From the IMG/VR virus record IMGVR_UViG_3300045988_063730, positions 1 through 14,343 of that record: DNA of 14,343 nucleotides, one strand, 5' to 3'. Below are positions 1 to 7,730 of this stretch, one piece after another. Every line of letters starts with the position of its first letter. The stretch's first letter is position 1. The position numbers were made by a program, and so were the translations under genes. A model generated the notes under the pieces. The model saw nothing but the letters and a program-made list of their open reading frames with translations. It did not search any database and was not told the origin of the DNA. Source of the DNA: a virus.

Positions 1-99
1 AACATATATTCCCCAAACAGATGTGCAAGTAAACATAACATATACATATTGACATTATGTAATACGAACAACATTTCGTTGAAAATATTTTTAAAATAT
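1..99. repeat. Left inverted terminal repeat; perfect over 1-99 against 14245-14343, with imperfect similarity continuing to about 144
   Basis: Reverse complement of the window end reproduces positions 1-99 exactly. The first mismatches are at 100 (a/g) and 108 (a/t), and similarity continues through the promoter to 'gtcgaaag'. This is typical of protein-primed linear genomes. Confidence 0.97.
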
Positions 100-101
100 A
101 C

Positions 102-130
102 TTGACAAATAAAACAATTTGTAGTATTAT
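102..130 (+). promoter_or_regulatory. Inward-facing sigma70-type promoter in the left terminal repeat
   Basis: TTGACA at 102-107, 17-nt spacer, TATTAT at 125-130; followed by aaaggag and an ATG at 158. Confidence 0.85.
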
Positions 131-157
131 AAAAGCGTCGAAAGGAGATGAAAACAA

Positions 158-319
158 ATGAAAAAAGTTATAATAAGTATAATATCAATATTAGCATTTT
201 TATATTTAATGGGCGAACAAGAAGAAATAACAATAGGAATAGTAGCATTAAAATTTTTATCATTAGGTTGGTTATGGTTAGTTGCAAAAGCAAATAATTA
301 TTTTTATCAAGGAGAGTAG
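158..319 (+). CDS. Small hydrophobic early protein, 53 aa, probable membrane protein (MKKVIISIISILAFLYLMGEQEEITIGIVALKFLSLGWLWLVAKANNYFYQGE)
   Basis: ATG downstream of AGGAG, two hydrophobic segments, positioned directly after the promoter; below the ORF-track length cutoff. Confidence 0.65.
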   Translation: MKKVIISIISILAFLYLMGEQEEITIGIVALKFLSLGWLWLVAKANNYFYQGE

Positions 320-322
320 AAA

Positions 323-478
323 ATGAAAAGAATTAAATTACTAATAGCTTATATAAAGCTAAAACGAAAAGGTTATAACAAAGAAGATAGATACTTTAAA
401 TATGCAATAGACGGACTTATAACATTTGAGCAATACGAGAAATACATATATAATAAAATAATGAAAGGGGGTGAATAA
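323..478 (+). CDS. Small hypothetical early protein, 51 aa (MKRIKLLIAYIKLKRKGYNKEDRYFKYAIDGLITFEQYEKYIYNKIMKGGE)
   Basis: Preceded by ggagag, tightly packed between the previous ORF and the ATG at 481. Confidence 0.6.
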   Translation: MKRIKLLIAYIKLKRKGYNKEDRYFKYAIDGLITFEQYEKYIYNKIMKGGE

Positions 479-480
479 AT

Positions 481-1266
481 ATGAATAAATCTGAATTTAT
501 ACCAACAATAGCACCATTAGTACAAGCAGAAAACAAAAAGAGGGGTTATCCTTTATTTTCAAGCGTAGTAATAGCGCAAGCAATATGTGAAAGTGGTTGG
601 GGACAAAGTAAAATAATGATGAAAGCAAATGCAATTTTTGGCATAAAAGCAACATCTAATTGGAAAGGTAAAGTATATAATGCAAATACACAAGAGTGTT
701 ACGACGGCGTAAGTTACACAAATATAACAGCTTGTTTCAGAGCATATAACAGTTTAGCAGAAAGTATATCAGATTATTTCGATTTAATAACAAAATTAGA
801 AAGATACAGAAAAGCAACAGTATCAGAAACACCGTTAGAGTGTATAACAGCAATAAAAAACGGGGGTTATGCTACAAGTCCAACATATATAAACACTATA
901 ATGTCAATAATAAATAGTAATGATTTAACTAAATATGATATTGTGGAAAATGTGGAAAACTCTGTTGATAATTCTACAAATGTAGATATAGAACAAATAG
1001 CAAGAGATGTAATCGCTGGTAAATATGGAAACGGACAAGAAAGAAAAGCCAAACTAGGTAATATATATAACCAAGTACAAGCAAGAGTAAATGAAATATT
1101 ATTAGGTAAAAAAGATTCACAAGAAACAATATACATAGTAAAATCTGGGGATACATTATCAGAAATAGCGAAAAAATTTAATACAACATATCAAAAAATA
1201 GCAAAAGATAATAATATTTCAAACCCTAATTTAATATATCCAAATCAAAAGTTGGTGATTAAATAA
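481..1266 (+). CDS. Endolysin: N-terminal glucosaminidase (FlgJ/GH73-like) domain plus C-terminal LysM
   Basis: 'FSSVVIAQAICESGWGQSKIMMKANAIFGIKA' glucosaminidase signature; C-terminal 'YIVKSGDTLSEIAKKFNTTYQKIAKDNNISNPNLIYPNQKLVI' is a canonical LysM. Confidence 0.92.
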   Translation: MNKSEFIPTIAPLVQAENKKRGYPLFSSVVIAQAICESGWGQSKIMMKANAIFGIKATSNWKGKVYNANTQECYDGVSYTNITACFRAYNSLAESISDYFDLITKLERYRKATVSETPLECITAIKNGGYATSPTYINTIMSIINSNDLTKYDIVENVENSVDNSTNVDIEQIARDVIAGKYGNGQERKAKLGNIYNQVQARVNEILLGKKDSQETIYIVKSGDTLSEIAKKFNTTYQKIAKDNNISNPNLIYPNQKLVIK

Positions 1267-1898
1267 TGGCATTATTAGAAAGAACACGGACAGTATGGGA
1301 ATTATTGGGGTAATACATACGACAGTTCGCAAGCTTTAACATTAGAACAAGAGCGAGTAAATGCACGTTATATATGGGCTTATTTACAAGCTAAGGGCTG
1401 GACTTTAAATGCAGTAGCTGGCGTATTAGGGAATATGCAAAGTGAAAGTAGTATAAATCCTCGGACGTTGGGAAAGTAACGTAGTAGGTGGCGACCCGAC
1501 AGCGCACGGATACCGGCTTAGTACAATGGACGCCATACACTAAATATACAGACTGGATAGTAAATCAAGGTTTTAGCGACCCGTCAGAAATAGACGCTAA
1601 CTTATATAGGATAATTTATGAGGTAGAAAATAATATACAATGGATAGCGACCAGTACTTATAATTATAGTTTTTATGAATTTACACAAAGTACTGATACA
1701 CCATATAATTTAGCGTTAGCTTTTTTAGTGAATTATGAAAGACCAGCCGACCCGAACCAGCCAGCTAGAGGAACGCAAGCCGAATATTGGTACGAATATT
1801 TAGGTGGTTTACCACCAGTACCAACAGTTATAAGAAAACGCAAAAAATTTCCTTGGGCTGTATTAACAAAAATAATAAGAAATAAACGAACATTTTAA
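1266..1898 (+). CDS. Phage tail-lysozyme-like morphogenesis protein (phi29 gp13 N-terminal-like), about 209 aa if three CGGN sites are read as +1 events
   Basis: ATG overlaps the upstream stop (TAATG). The conceptual product with three 4-nt readings is MALLERT[G]QYGNYWGNTYDSSQALTLEQERVNARYIWAYLQAKGWTLNAVAGVLGNMQSESSINP[G]RWESNVVGGDPTAHGY[G]LVQWTPYTKY..., with the typical ESxxNPG and GLVQW motifs. The ORF-track call at 1488 is only a fragment. Confidence 0.88.
1287..1290 (+). other. Recoding site 1: in-frame CGG read as 4 nt (CGGA)
   Basis: ATG 1266 ... aca|cgga|cag|tat|ggg. Without the shift, TAA is reached at 'ttg ggg taa'. Confidence 0.82.
1462..1465 (+). other. Recoding site 2: in-frame CGG read as 4 nt (CGGA) inside the NPGRW motif
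   Basis: aat|cct|cgga|cgt|tgg. (1462-1291)=171 nt, which is in phase after site 1. Confidence 0.87.
1514..1517 (+). other. Recoding site 3: in-frame CGG read as 4 nt (CGGC) inside the GYGLVQW motif
   Basis: gga|tac|cggc|tta|gta|caa|tgg; in phase after site 2 and restores GYGLVQW. Confidence 0.87.
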
Positions 1899-1916
1899 AA
1901 ATGTTCGTTTTTATTA
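1884..1916 (+). terminator. Probable intrinsic terminator overlapping the end of the tail-lysozyme gene
   Basis: aaacgaacatttt-a-aaaatgttcgttt: 13-nt complementary arms followed by a T-rich run. Confidence 0.7.
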
Positions 1917-1946
1917 TTGACAAATTTTAATTTTTATGCTTATAAT
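1917..1946 (+). promoter_or_regulatory. Consensus sigma70-type promoter for the structural-gene operon
   Basis: TTGACA at 1917-1922, 18-nt spacer, TATAAT at 1941-1946; followed by an SD (aaaggag) and the ATG at 1981. Confidence 0.82.
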
Positions 1947-1980
1947 TTTAATAGATACTAACGAGAAAGGAGAAACGAAA

Positions 1981-2259
1981 ATGGATATTTTACAATTATT
2001 GGGTAGTTATTGCTTTCCTATTGTAGCGTGTTTAGGTATGGGCTGGTATGTTAAATACATAACAGATAAAAATATGGAAGAAACAAGTACATTAAATGCA
2101 CAGCACACAAAAGTGATGTTAGCATATAAAGACGAATTAAAAGACGCTATAAACAATAATACATTAGTAATGCAACGATTATGCGATACAATGGAAGTAA
2201 AAAACACAAGAACAAAGAAAAGTAAAAAAGGAGAGGAGGAACAAGAAAATGAAGCTTAG
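1981..2259 (+). CDS. Probable holin (BhlA/UviB-like), 92 aa; the start at 1981 is preferred to 1936
   Basis: 'MDILQLLGSYCFPIVACLGMGWYVKYITDKNMEE': single N-terminal TM followed by a charged tail; SD aaaggagaaacgaaaATG. Confidence 0.75.
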   Translation: MDILQLLGSYCFPIVACLGMGWYVKYITDKNMEETSTLNAQHTKVMLAYKDELKDAINNNTLVMQRLCDTMEVKNTRTKKSKKGEEEQENEA

Positions 2260-2527
2260 TAAAGAAGAATTAAAACAAAAAGTTAATGAACTCGTAACAG
2301 ATAACGAAATAGCAATTCAATTATTAGAAGACATAGAAGACAGTATGGAAGTTGGCGAAGTAGATACAACTAAAATAGAAGAGTTACAAGCAAAACTTGA
2401 TGATTTACAAGAAAAATATAAACAAAGATTTTTAAAAGGCGACGACAAAAAAGACGCCGAAGACAAAAAAGAAGAAGTCGACGAAGAGTTAGAAGAAAAA
2501 GAAGTAATCGACATAAAAGAAATTTAA
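2249..2527 (+). CDS. Head scaffolding protein (phi29 gp7-like)
   Basis: Small, highly charged coiled-coil-like 92-aa protein immediately upstream of the MCP; synteny with phi29-like phages. Confidence 0.75.
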   Translation: MKLSKEELKQKVNELVTDNEIAIQLLEDIEDSMEVGEVDTTKIEELQAKLDDLQEKYKQRFLKGDDKKDAEDKKEEVDEELEEKEVIDIKEI

Positions 2528-2550
2528 AAATAGAAAGGTAGGAAATAAAA

Positions 2551-3979
2551 ATGGCTAAAAAAAGTATTTCACAAGGAAATTTAAACGTAACAAATTCAGC
2601 AGAATTATTAAGTTATGTAATAAATGAAACCCCTATTTTAAGGGAAAATATTGATTTACCAGTACAAGGCGAGAGCATAAATGGTATTGGTAAAATAATT
2701 ATGAAAAACGTTGCATACAAAAACGCTTTTCTAAACACATTAAACATAATTGGGTTAACAGTAATTACTCGTAACCACTGGGAAAACCCTTGGAAAAAAT
2801 TTACAGATAAAGGAGAATTAAGCTACGGACAGCAAGTAAGAGAGGTTATAACAGATATTGCAAACGTATATGATTATAACCAAATGGTAAATAGACCAGA
2901 AGACTTTGTAAAAACAGAAGTACCAAATGTTTTATCATACTTACACGAAATTAATTACCAAAAATTCTATAAGACTACAACATCTGACGAGCAAATGGCA
3001 ATGGCATTTGAAAGAGAAGATTTATTCAGCTTGATAGACGATATTATAAACAGTTTATATGAAGGTATGGAATATGACTATTACCAAGTATCAAAATATA
3101 TGCTTGCTAGACGTATTTTAGACGGAACAGTAACAGCAGTACAAATAGAAGATTTAGCAACAAAAAAAGATAGAGAGGTAGTAGCAGAAATAAAAGGATA
3201 TTCAAACGATTTAACTTTTAGAAGTCCTAAATTTAACCCAGCTGGATTAAGAAAAGCTACAGCTTTTGAAGACCAGTTCGCGATAGTGTCAACAAAATTT
3301 GATGCGAAATTTACGACAAATGTTCTTGCGACAAGCTATTTCCGTTCTGACGCCGAAATGAAAGCAAATATGGAACTTTGCGACCGGTTTCGGAACTTTC
3401 GATATGCCAAGACTAGCAGAAGTTTTTGCAAAAAGAGATGACGACGGAAACGTAATACCAAATGAATATGTAGACGGATACGTACCATTAACAGCAGAAG
3501 AAATGGCAGTATTACAAGAAATACCAGCCGTAATAGTTGGAGCAGATTTCTTCCAAATGTATAGATATGGTATGGATACAATGCCAGAAGGCAGAAAAAC
3601 AGAATTCTTTAACCCTCAAACAATGCGTACTAACCATTGGTTACATACTTGGGGCGTTGTTTCTACATCTCCTTTTGAAAATGCTATTGTATTTACAAAA
3701 GCGGTACAAGGCGTAACAAGTGTAACAGTAAGTCCAAGCACAGCAACAGTAAGTAAAGGACAAAATTTAGAGCTTTCAGCTGTTGTCGTAACTACTGGTT
3801 TTGCAAATAAATCAGTTTACTGGACTGTTGACGAAAACGCATACGAAGACGGCGTAAGAATTTCAGACGCTGGAAAACTTATAGTACCAGCAGACGCAAC
3901 AGTAACCGAAATAACAGTAACAGCTACAAGCATTTACGATAATACTAAAACTGGAACAGCAACAATAACAGTTGCGTAA
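2551..3979 (+). CDS. Major capsid protein (phi29 gp8-like) with C-terminal Ig-like (BIG2) domain; about 475 aa with one CGGN +1 event
   Basis: 2551-3441 and 3404-3979 form one protein: ...ELCD[G]FGTFDMPRLAEVFAKRDDDGN...; C-terminal VTSVTVSPSTATVSKGQNLELSAVV... is BIG2-like; position between scaffold and portal. Confidence 0.88.
3385..3388 (+). other. Recoding site 4: in-frame CGG read as 4 nt (CGGT); a second CGG at 3391 is in phase only if this site does not shift
   Basis: gac|cggt|ttc|gga|act|ttc|gat|atg|cca. (3385-2551)=834 nt, in frame. Shifting at 3385 or at 3391 restores the same downstream frame. Confidence 0.78.
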
Positions 3980-3989
3980 GATTTTCTTT

Positions 3990-4017
3990 TAGGTAGCAAC
4001 TAACAAGTTGCTACCTA
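3990..4017 (+). terminator. Intergenic hairpin between MCP and portal; possible weak terminator, attenuator or processing site
   Basis: Perfect 11-bp arms taggtagcaac / gttgctaccta with loop taacaa, followed by only a short T-run (ttttaat). Confidence 0.55.
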
Positions 4018-4045
4018 TTTTAATATAAAAGAAAGGAGAAATAAA

Positions 4046-4963
4046 ATGCAAAAAAAATTAATAAATTCGCAGTTGTCTAATTTTAAAACTTACGAAATGT
4101 ATAAAAGACAATTACTTACACTTGCCGAAAATGTGTTTGAATTTTCAAATATGCCAAAATATATAGATACTGCATACTTAAATAAAACATTATTAAGACA
4201 GGGAAGTATAGCATTTTTTGTAGACGAAGTATTAGGACTTTTAGCTTTACCATATCAAAATATTGGTAAATTAGATGTATACGGAAGACCTACAAGAATA
4301 CAAGTAATATCACAAAACGGATACACTAAACTATTAAGAAATCAAGACGACTTCGTTATAATGTACGATAATAACGGACGCTATCCATTATGGTTAGATA
4401 TACTACAATACAGCGAGCGCATTGCATTAGACACTAGAACAACTGATATCAATATAGCCCAGCAGAAGACCCCTAGGTTTTGGAAAACAAAAACGGAAAA
4501 AGTAAAATCAATACAAGACTTAGTAAATAACGTAGACGGTATGGAAAATACAGTTATTTCATACGACGATTTAGACTTAGACGATACAACATTAGTACTA
4601 GCGCCAGCACCTTTCGTAGCAGATAAAATAGACGAACACAAAGAGAAAGACTGGAACGAATTTTTACGACTTATTGGAATTGCTAATATGAATTTTCAAA
4701 AGAAAGAACGTAATATACGCGACGAAGTGTTAGCAAGTCAAGGGGGAACAGTTGCAAGTAGATATAGTCGTTTCGAGCCTAGAAAAAAAGCGATAGAAGA
4801 AATAAACGAAAAATTAGGAAATAAAAAATTACTTAATGGAAAACAAGCAATAGAACAAAAAATAGAAGTAAAATACTACGACGGTATACCAACTAGCGTA
4901 GAAGAAATAGAAGACGTCTACGAAGACGAGGAAGGAGAGGGCGAAAATGATACCATATTATAA
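4046..4963 (+). CDS. Portal / upper collar connector protein (phi29 gp10-like)
   Basis: 305-aa protein with 'YIDTAYLNKTLLRQGSIAFFVDEVLGLLALPY' and 'DRDEV..RYSRFEPRKKAIEEIN'-type connector features; position between MCP and lower collar. Confidence 0.85.
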   Translation: MQKKLINSQLSNFKTYEMYKRQLLTLAENVFEFSNMPKYIDTAYLNKTLLRQGSIAFFVDEVLGLLALPYQNIGKLDVYGRPTRIQVISQNGYTKLLRNQDDFVIMYDNNGRYPLWLDILQYSERIALDTRTTDINIAQQKTPRFWKTKTEKVKSIQDLVNNVDGMENTVISYDDLDLDDTTLVLAPAPFVADKIDEHKEKDWNEFLRLIGIANMNFQKKERNIRDEVLASQGGTVASRYSRFEPRKKAIEEINEKLGNKKLLNGKQAIEQKIEVKYYDGIPTSVEEIEDVYEDEEGEGENDTIL

Positions 4964-5714
4964 CGGTTTATTTATGTTTTATCCTTTTTTACCACCTAAT
5001 TGTAGTAAACCACCTACTTTATATTCTATTTTAAATTCTATCGTAAATGGAGATAAAGAGGAAGAAGACTACACAAAAATAAAAGACTTAGCAAAAGAAG
5101 GACGAACAACTATTTTTAATTTTGATTATCCTTTATCACAATATTTAGATAAAGAAAAATTTGAAACAATGATATTAAATCATTATTTACAACGCCGAAT
5201 TGGTTTTGAAACTGTAACAGCTTTTAGAATACAACTAGACGTAAAACTAAATGAAATAATGCCATTATACAATAAAATGTTTAACGCATTAGAAAATTGG
5301 GAAATTTTTAACGACGGCGAAGTTACTACTAGAACTGGTACAGATAATACAACATCACAAAATACAAATAATACAAGCAATACATTAGAAAATACTTCTA
5401 TAACAAGTACAGAAGATATATCAGACAGAAGAAATAGTGAACTACCACAAAATCAACTTGAAGATTTAAGAAATGGAAGTTATGTTACTAATTATAGTTA
5501 TGATACAAACACAAATACGGGTAATGATAATTCGCATAGCGAAGGAACATCACAAGCAACAAATCAAGGCACAGACAATAAAATATATAATGAAACAGTA
5601 ACAAGAACGCCAGCAGATAAAATCGCAATATTAAAAGAAATGCAAGAAAATATAAAATCAATATATAGTTTAATCTATAAAGAGTTAGACTGTTTATTTT
5701 ATAGTTTAATATAG
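4947..5714 (+). CDS. Lower collar / distal tail connector protein (phi29 gp11-like)
   Basis: Synteny after the portal; 'FDYPLSQYLDKEKFETMILNHYLQRRIGFETVTAFRIQLDVKLNEIMPLYNKMFNAL' is typical of phi29-like lower collars. Confidence 0.82.
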   Translation: MIPYYNGLFMFYPFLPPNCSKPPTLYSILNSIVNGDKEEEDYTKIKDLAKEGRTTIFNFDYPLSQYLDKEKFETMILNHYLQRRIGFETVTAFRIQLDVKLNEIMPLYNKMFNALENWEIFNDGEVTTRTGTDNTTSQNTNNTSNTLENTSITSTEDISDRRNSELPQNQLEDLRNGSYVTNYSYDTNTNTGNDNSHSEGTSQATNQGTDNKIYNETVTRTPADKIAILKEMQENIKSIYSLIYKELDCLFYSLI

Positions 5715-5729
5715 AGAGGAGATAGAAAA

Positions 5730-7685
5730 ATGAATAAATTTGAATTTAAAAATTTAACGCCATTTAAATGGTTTGTATTAGAGAATTTTCCTTTTATAGA
5801 AGCAGATTTTGACGCTTTAACCGAATGGCAATTATTTTGTAAAATAGGTAAAGAAATAAATAAAATAATAAATAGTCAAAATGTTGTCGGAGAACAAATG
5901 GAAGAAGTTACAAATAATATGATAAGCTTACAAGAATTTGTAGAAAATTATTTCGATAATTTAGACGTACAAGATGAAATTAATAATAAACTAAATGAAA
6001 TGGCTGAAAGTGGAGAATTACAAAATATTATAAATCAATATTTGCAACTAGCAGGAATTTTCACATATAATAATATTGATGAAATGAAATCAGCTGTTAA
6101 CTTAACAGAAAATTCAAAATGTTGTGTTTTTGGAAATAAAGAAATAAACGACGGTGGTTTTAATTTTTATAATGTAAAAAATTCTACTTCTTTAGATGTT
6201 GACGGAAAAATAGTTGTAAAATTAAATAACAATAAATATGCAATTGCTGTAAATCAGTCAATATTTCAAGATACAAATATCACATATAATACATTTAGAC
6301 TAAAAAATACTAGATGTTATATTGTAGATATTCCAAAAACTAATAAATATGGACAAATAAATAAATTTAAAATTGGTTTACCATTTAATGACTTTGAAGT
6401 AACATCAAGATATCAAAGTACTAATGATTTTTCAAAATTAAATAATACAACACTTGCATTAAATTCTGGAGTATTTGACCCAGACACTGACACCATTTGG
6501 GGTGCTACAATAATTGACGGTCAAATAGTTAGAAATAATAAAACAACAGGAGTTGAAGATTTATACTATTTAACTATTGCAGATGACGGAAAATTTGGAT
6601 ATGTAAAAGTTGGAAATACAACAGCAGAACAAATGATAGCTGACGGAATAAAGAATGCAGTAATGGGATTTTTCCCAATTTTAGTAAATGGTGAAAAAGT
6701 ATCACATACATATCCGTATGTTGACGGTACACACCCACGTCAAGTATTATGTCAATTAAAAGACGGAACACAATTTGTATTCGCATGTGAGGGTATAGAA
6801 TTTGACAACGTCGGATTAGATTTTGTTGATATTCAAGATTATTTACTAGAAAACTATCCAAACATAGATTTGGCTTTCAACATGGACGGTGGCGGTTCAT
6901 TATCTGTAAATTATTACAGAAATAAACTTAACAAAAATTTAGATGACGGTGGTAGAACAGATAGAAAAGTACCAACTTTTCTTTATATAAATAACGAAAA
7001 TAGTGTAAATAGTATTCAAAATGATATGAATAAAATATTAAATGTTTTATCAACAAAAATAAATGATTTACAAACACAGCTAAATGCACTAGATAAACTA
7101 ACGCAAAATGGCTTGATATTCGCTGGAACAAGAGAATATCAAACATTAGATTTTTATAATAACGGTGTATATGATAAAAGAATTGCTTCAATACAAGCAA
7201 CATTTAATTCACTTGATATTAACTTATCTGATAGTAGCAGAAACAATTTCAAAAATTGTTTTCATGTAGACCAAGACAACGCAAAAATTCCAATCGGTGT
7301 TATTGGTAGTTATGTAAACACTTTACTACCTGTATCTGATTGTAATGATACTACTTTAAGAAACGGTTTCTTTAGAACATATTCGGATACAGCTAACAAG
7401 CCAACTTTCGGAAATTATGTATTGCTAAATTTAAAATTTTCAGAAGACCCAAGTGAGTACGGTATAAATCAATATTGTTTCCCAAATTCAAACAACAATT
7501 CGATTTTCAAAAGAAGATATGAAGGAGGTAATTGGAGTGCTTGGACATCTATTACACCGATAAACAACAGTGCAAATAGAGATGAAGCAAAATATTTGGG
7601 GCAAGTTTATTTTGATACTACATTAAATAAACCAATTTGGTATAACGGCACAAATTGGGTTGACGCAAACGGAAATGTTGTATAA
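5730..7685 (+). CDS. Tail spike / receptor-binding protein with phosphodiester glycosidase (NAGPA)-like domain and pyocin-knob-like C-terminus
   Basis: 'FNMDGGGSLSVNYYRN...' glycosidase signature; C-terminal 'LRNGFFRTYSD...NSIFKRRYEGGNWSAWTSIT' knob-like motif; 651 aa. Confidence 0.75.
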   Translation: MNKFEFKNLTPFKWFVLENFPFIEADFDALTEWQLFCKIGKEINKIINSQNVVGEQMEEVTNNMISLQEFVENYFDNLDVQDEINNKLNEMAESGELQNIINQYLQLAGIFTYNNIDEMKSAVNLTENSKCCVFGNKEINDGGFNFYNVKNSTSLDVDGKIVVKLNNNKYAIAVNQSIFQDTNITYNTFRLKNTRCYIVDIPKTNKYGQINKFKIGLPFNDFEVTSRYQSTNDFSKLNNTTLALNSGVFDPDTDTIWGATIIDGQIVRNNKTTGVEDLYYLTIADDGKFGYVKVGNTTAEQMIADGIKNAVMGFFPILVNGEKVSHTYPYVDGTHPRQVLCQLKDGTQFVFACEGIEFDNVGLDFVDIQDYLLENYPNIDLAFNMDGGGSLSVNYYRNKLNKNLDDGGRTDRKVPTFLYINNENSVNSIQNDMNKILNVLSTKINDLQTQLNALDKLTQNGLIFAGTREYQTLDFYNNGVYDKRIASIQATFNSLDINLSDSSRNNFKNCFHVDQDNAKIPIGVIGSYVNTLLPVSDCNDTTLRNGFFRTYSDTANKPTFGNYVLLNLKFSEDPSEYGINQYCFPNSNNNSIFKRRYEGGNWSAWTSITPINNSANRDEAKYLGQVYFDTTLNKPIWYNGTNWVDANGNVV

Positions 7686-7689
7686 AAAT

Positions 7690-7720
7690 AAAAGAGAGGT
7701 TATAACCTCTCTTTTTTATT
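7690..7720. terminator. Bidirectional intrinsic terminator between convergent operons
   Basis: Perfect 26-nt palindrome aaaagagaggttataacctctctttt (7690-7715), with T-run tttatttt on the rightward side and A-rich sequence upstream that serves the leftward side. Confidence 0.88.
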
Positions 7721-7730
7721 TTGTTTCACG

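Noticed and set aside
867-1156. Antisense ORFs (89 and 60 aa)
   Set aside because: Hydrophobic, low-complexity antisense reading of the endolysin C-terminus; typical artefact of AT-rich coding DNA.
1488-1898. Independent 136-aa ORF MATRQRTDTGLVQW...
   Set aside because: Its first residues are an out-of-frame reading of GGDPTAHGY. It is the 3' segment of the tail-lysozyme gene after recoding site 3.
2007-2514. Antisense ORFs opposite holin and scaffold
   Set aside because: Ser-rich complement of acidic/lysine-rich coding DNA; no SD or homology.
3336-3581. Antisense ORF (81 aa) across the MCP frame break
   Set aside because: No plausible start signals; the sense strand has clear MCP homology on both sides.
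4381-5380. Antisense ORFs within portal and lower collar genes
   Set aside because: Opposite well-supported structural genes, no independent support.
6574-7203. Antisense ORFs within the tail spike gene
   Set aside because: Leu/Phe/Ile-rich antisense translations with no supporting signals.
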